Assembly: GCF_036321535.1 (NCBI RefSeq)
Contig: NC_087436.1
Coordinates: 63,180,001-63,244,000 of the forward strand
DNA length: 64,000 nucleotides
Origin: Camelus dromedarius
Taxonomy: Eukaryota
Reading direction: 5' to 3'
The translations under genes and the position numbers were made by a program. The notes below the pieces were generated by a model. That model made no database searches. It saw only the letters and a program-made list of their open reading frames with translations, and was not told the origin of the DNA. Shown here one piece after another: positions 60,811 through 64,000 of the stretch; within the stretch, counting starts at the first letter, position 1; each line of letters begins with the position of its first letter.

Positions 60811-62887
60811 AAACAATAAGCCTATATTATAATATGATTTATAATGGCATAAAATAAAATAATATTGTATGACATAATATCTGTAATATAATATAATTTC
60901 AGGTAGTGAGATTATTTGTTATTCTTTTCCTAAGCAAATATGATTTAATGGCATCTCCAACATTGTTATCAACATAATATTGAATCACTAATGAACACAC
61001 TGACCATTAATTGAGTAAAATTAACCACGCTGCCCTATTCCCAGCGCTGAGAAAGTATTATTGCTGAGTAGTCTGTTAATAAGCCTCTCCAAACACCAGC
61101 CTCAGAAGCATTTTAACATTTTATTACATTGTCAAGTTGGCTATCTTAGAGCACGTTTTGAAGCTCTTATGAAATTGTTCTTCTTAACTCATGAAGAAGA
61201 ACTAAAAAAGTATGTCTTTGAAATGTGGGGCAGTAATTTGTAATATATTCTCAGTTGGAATATAGTCTATTATTCTTTTTTCCATAGCATTGTTCTTTAG
61301 GAATAATACGGAGATAATTAGTCTTCATATTATTGTTCCATATTGTCTCCATATTATTCTTCAGTTACGTTCTTCAGTTATATATTCTTAGCACTTGGTA
61401 AATATAACAGTAAAGGTAAATTGATTTTTTTCAAATATCTGTGTTCCTCTAAGAGTCCTCTTTCAGATATTCATTTTATAAATACATCACATACAAACAG
61501 TAACCCTTAAAAAAGGAACTACAATAATAGTGGTAATTTTTCTACTCCTATTTTTAATATTCTATATTTTATTCTTAATAAATGTTGATATATACACAGA
61601 GATTAATGACCCAAATTAAATGTATCCTGAATTTACATTAGTAATAATTTTTGTTAAACTGTTTTCATTAAATTTTTTACTATTATATACTAGTTAATTA
61701 ATTTATTTTGCATAAATAGAGGTACAACATACAAATAATTATTAAAGTTTCATAACTTAGAAAAATGACTTAAAATAAATTAAGAGTCAAAATATTTTAT
61801 AATAAGAAAGAGCAACTAGAGAATTATATAATTAAGACAAATTTATCTGAAATTTTATGCAGTATGAAGAATACTACTTTCCACTTAATATATATTGTAT
61901 TAATACCTTACTGGCATAGCTGTTGATTGTATAAGTTACATTTAATTATCTGTCACTCTCTCTTATTTGTATTCTGCTCTGCCTAGCACTATCCCAGATG
62001 TCAAGAATATAGTAGCCTTCATCCCATCAGTACTCATGAGTAAGATATACTGATACCAGAAATATAAATTACTATGCTCTTGTATGCATACTCAAATGAT
62101 CCATACTTCCTCGAGCTGACAAGAATCTCTTAGACTACAAACGCTTGAAAGTGTTGAAATCTTTCTATGTAAGCTTAGTTTTCTAGGAGAGGAAAGCCCA
62201 TTCCTCCTGTGATTCCATTTATCTCCTCAACCTGTGGAATCTGTATCCAGTCTCAGGGGATCCTCAGATACTTGACCAAGTGCCATTTCTGTCACAGTCA
62301 CTTGATTGTTCCATGTAAAGTCATTCTATTTACTATGCATGGTTCTTCTATAACAATATAATTATGCTTTTAGAAAATTTATATTAGCACAAAATGGCTA
62401 TCAGCAAAAGAGGATTAGAACATAGATGGTTTCTTAGTAACAAAATTAATTTTTCTACAAAATTTTTCTAAGGTTCTGTTAAAATGAATTCACAGTAGCT
62501 AAAAGGTGAGTTAAAAGCAAGAAGCAATACAACTTAAATGTACCCATCATTTCAGAAAACTTACTTTTGCCTAAGAGAAATGGCCTTTAGTTTTCTTTCA
62601 AAAGAAGAATTATTTTAAATTCAGAGCCTCTTACATATTTATATTTACCATTATGGTCTTTTTCAGTGACTGTCATCCTATCAACAAGTGAAATAGCTGG
62701 AAACCTTTTCCTACATATTTAGCATCAATATACATTTATGATTATGTATAATGCAGAGTTGTTCCAAGAGGATTGCTAAAGCTAAATTCAATTACTCTCA
62801 TAAAAATTGAGCAACAAGAGAATTTTATATGCTAACCAACAATGTGGTCTCTAGTGACATTAACCTGAGAAATGACACTACAGATAT

Positions 62888-63246
62888 GTGGCGGACAAAC
62901 CCTGCACAAACCACCGAGGATGTCTACTTCCTGGTGCTCTTGCTTTTGTGTGATTCTCTCTCTTCCTGGGTGTGATTGGGTTCTATGACTTGCTCCTAAC
63001 CCCTAGAATACGGCAATGGTGAGGGAATTTCTCTCCCATGACTAGCTTACATTTTACAGCAAAAGTAAAGAAATGTCACTTCTGGCATCATAGCATATGA
63101 ATCTCCATTTGTTGAGAGAGACACTAAAGTCACTCTTTCTGCTGGCCATGAAAAAGCAAGAAGCCATTTTGTCAACTGCCTGTGGAGAGGCCTTCAGGAC
63201 AAAGAACTGTGTGATAATTTGTTATGCAAATATAGAAAGCTAATAT
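62888..63246 (+). mobile_element. MaLR LTR (MLT1E-like) with internal deletion
   Basis: Starts tgtggcggaca; contains tgacttgctcctaac...agaatacggcaa and ctgcctgtggagaggcc; ends taatttgttatgcaaatatagaaagctaata. Confidence 0.78.
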
Positions 63247-63264
63247 GTGATATTATTTTCCTTC

Positions 63265-63880
63265 ATACCGGTGTATTCAGGACAACTATAATGTAAGCAA
63301 TATTTGTTATTTATAAAACAGCAAAAAGAAAAAGGGAAAACTATTTTAGTAATATATTTTATTTAATATATTTATATGTTATTTATTATTTGTGTTTATA
63401 TAGTATATTTTAAAATATTATATAATTAATTTGAATAAATATTATGTGATATATATTTATAATTTTTGTATATTATATATTTATATTTCATTTGACCCAA
63501 TATAGTCAAACTATTATCATTTTAATATGCAATCAATATAAAGACTGTTTATAATACATGAAAATTATTTTCCACATCAGATCTTCAAAATCCAATGTTT
63601 ACTCACACATAGTGCTGAATTAACCAATTCAGACACTAGATTTTTGTTAGGAATATTTTATCTATTTAAATTTTACAAAATTTATAGTTGAAAAAATAAG
63701 TTCACATAACAAAGTTGTTCCAAATATATTTAAACATTTTACAGTATCTCTGTAAGTTTTTTAAGTTAATTATGATTATATAAAATTACAAATTCTGTTC
63801 TTCATACACCAGAAATAGTTTGAGAACTCAATAGCTACAAATGATTAGTGGCTACTGGCCACCATATTAAACAGCAAAGG
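63265..63880. mobile_element. hAT Charlie1/MER33-like fossil with an internal AT-rich low-complexity expansion (~63350-63490)
   Basis: acccaatatagtcaaactattatcatttt, atagttgaaaaaataagttcacataacaaagttgttccaaa and ctcaatagctac...tagtggctact...catattaaacagca. Confidence 0.8.
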
Positions 63881-64000
63881 TTTAGACCATGGTTTAGACC
63901 ATGGAATTCATGGCCCTGTTTTCTCGGGCTTTTGTTGATATGTCACATCTAAATCAATTGCCTAAATGTAATGAAACATAAAGGGTACTTGTTTCCAGTG

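Noticed and set aside
63879..63904. Tandem ggtttagaccat duplication
   Set aside because: Ordinary 12 bp slippage duplication beside a hAT element end.
1..64000. CRISPR arrays, operons, rRNA, NUMT or non-retroviral viral insertions
   Set aside because: No regularly spaced repeats and no recognisable prokaryotic, mitochondrial or viral coding sequence; the content is a typical mammalian repeat landscape.

Overview
AT-rich mammalian genomic DNA, intergenic or deep intronic, probably from a camelid. The species call rests on a Vic-1-like tRNA-derived SINE, cetartiodactyl-type L1 3' ends, and no recognisable BovB/Bov-tA, PRE-1, Alu or B1. I found no intact protein-coding gene or convincing coding exon; the provided ORFs are chance or repeat-derived. 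Roughly half of the window is interspersed repeats: L1 of several ages, L2, MIR, MaLR/ERVL/ERV1 solo LTRs, Tigger and hAT fossils. There is also a decayed RPL35 processed pseudogene (minus strand, ~13.63-14.11 kb). The most notable structures are: (1) a young ~2.96 kb L1 bounded by target-site duplications (TSDs) that keeps 5'UTR+ORF1 but has lost almost all of ORF2 (HAL1-like architecture); (2) a ~110 bp inverted duplication around a ~370 bp spacer at 32.7-33.3 kb; (3) a young CpG-rich solo LTR at the centre of a ~3 kb zone where even ancient repeats are CpG-enriched. Repeat family names come from recall of consensus sequences, not a database search, and boundaries of old repeats are approximate. 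I see no evidence for a wholly new biological system; the findings are candidates to test.
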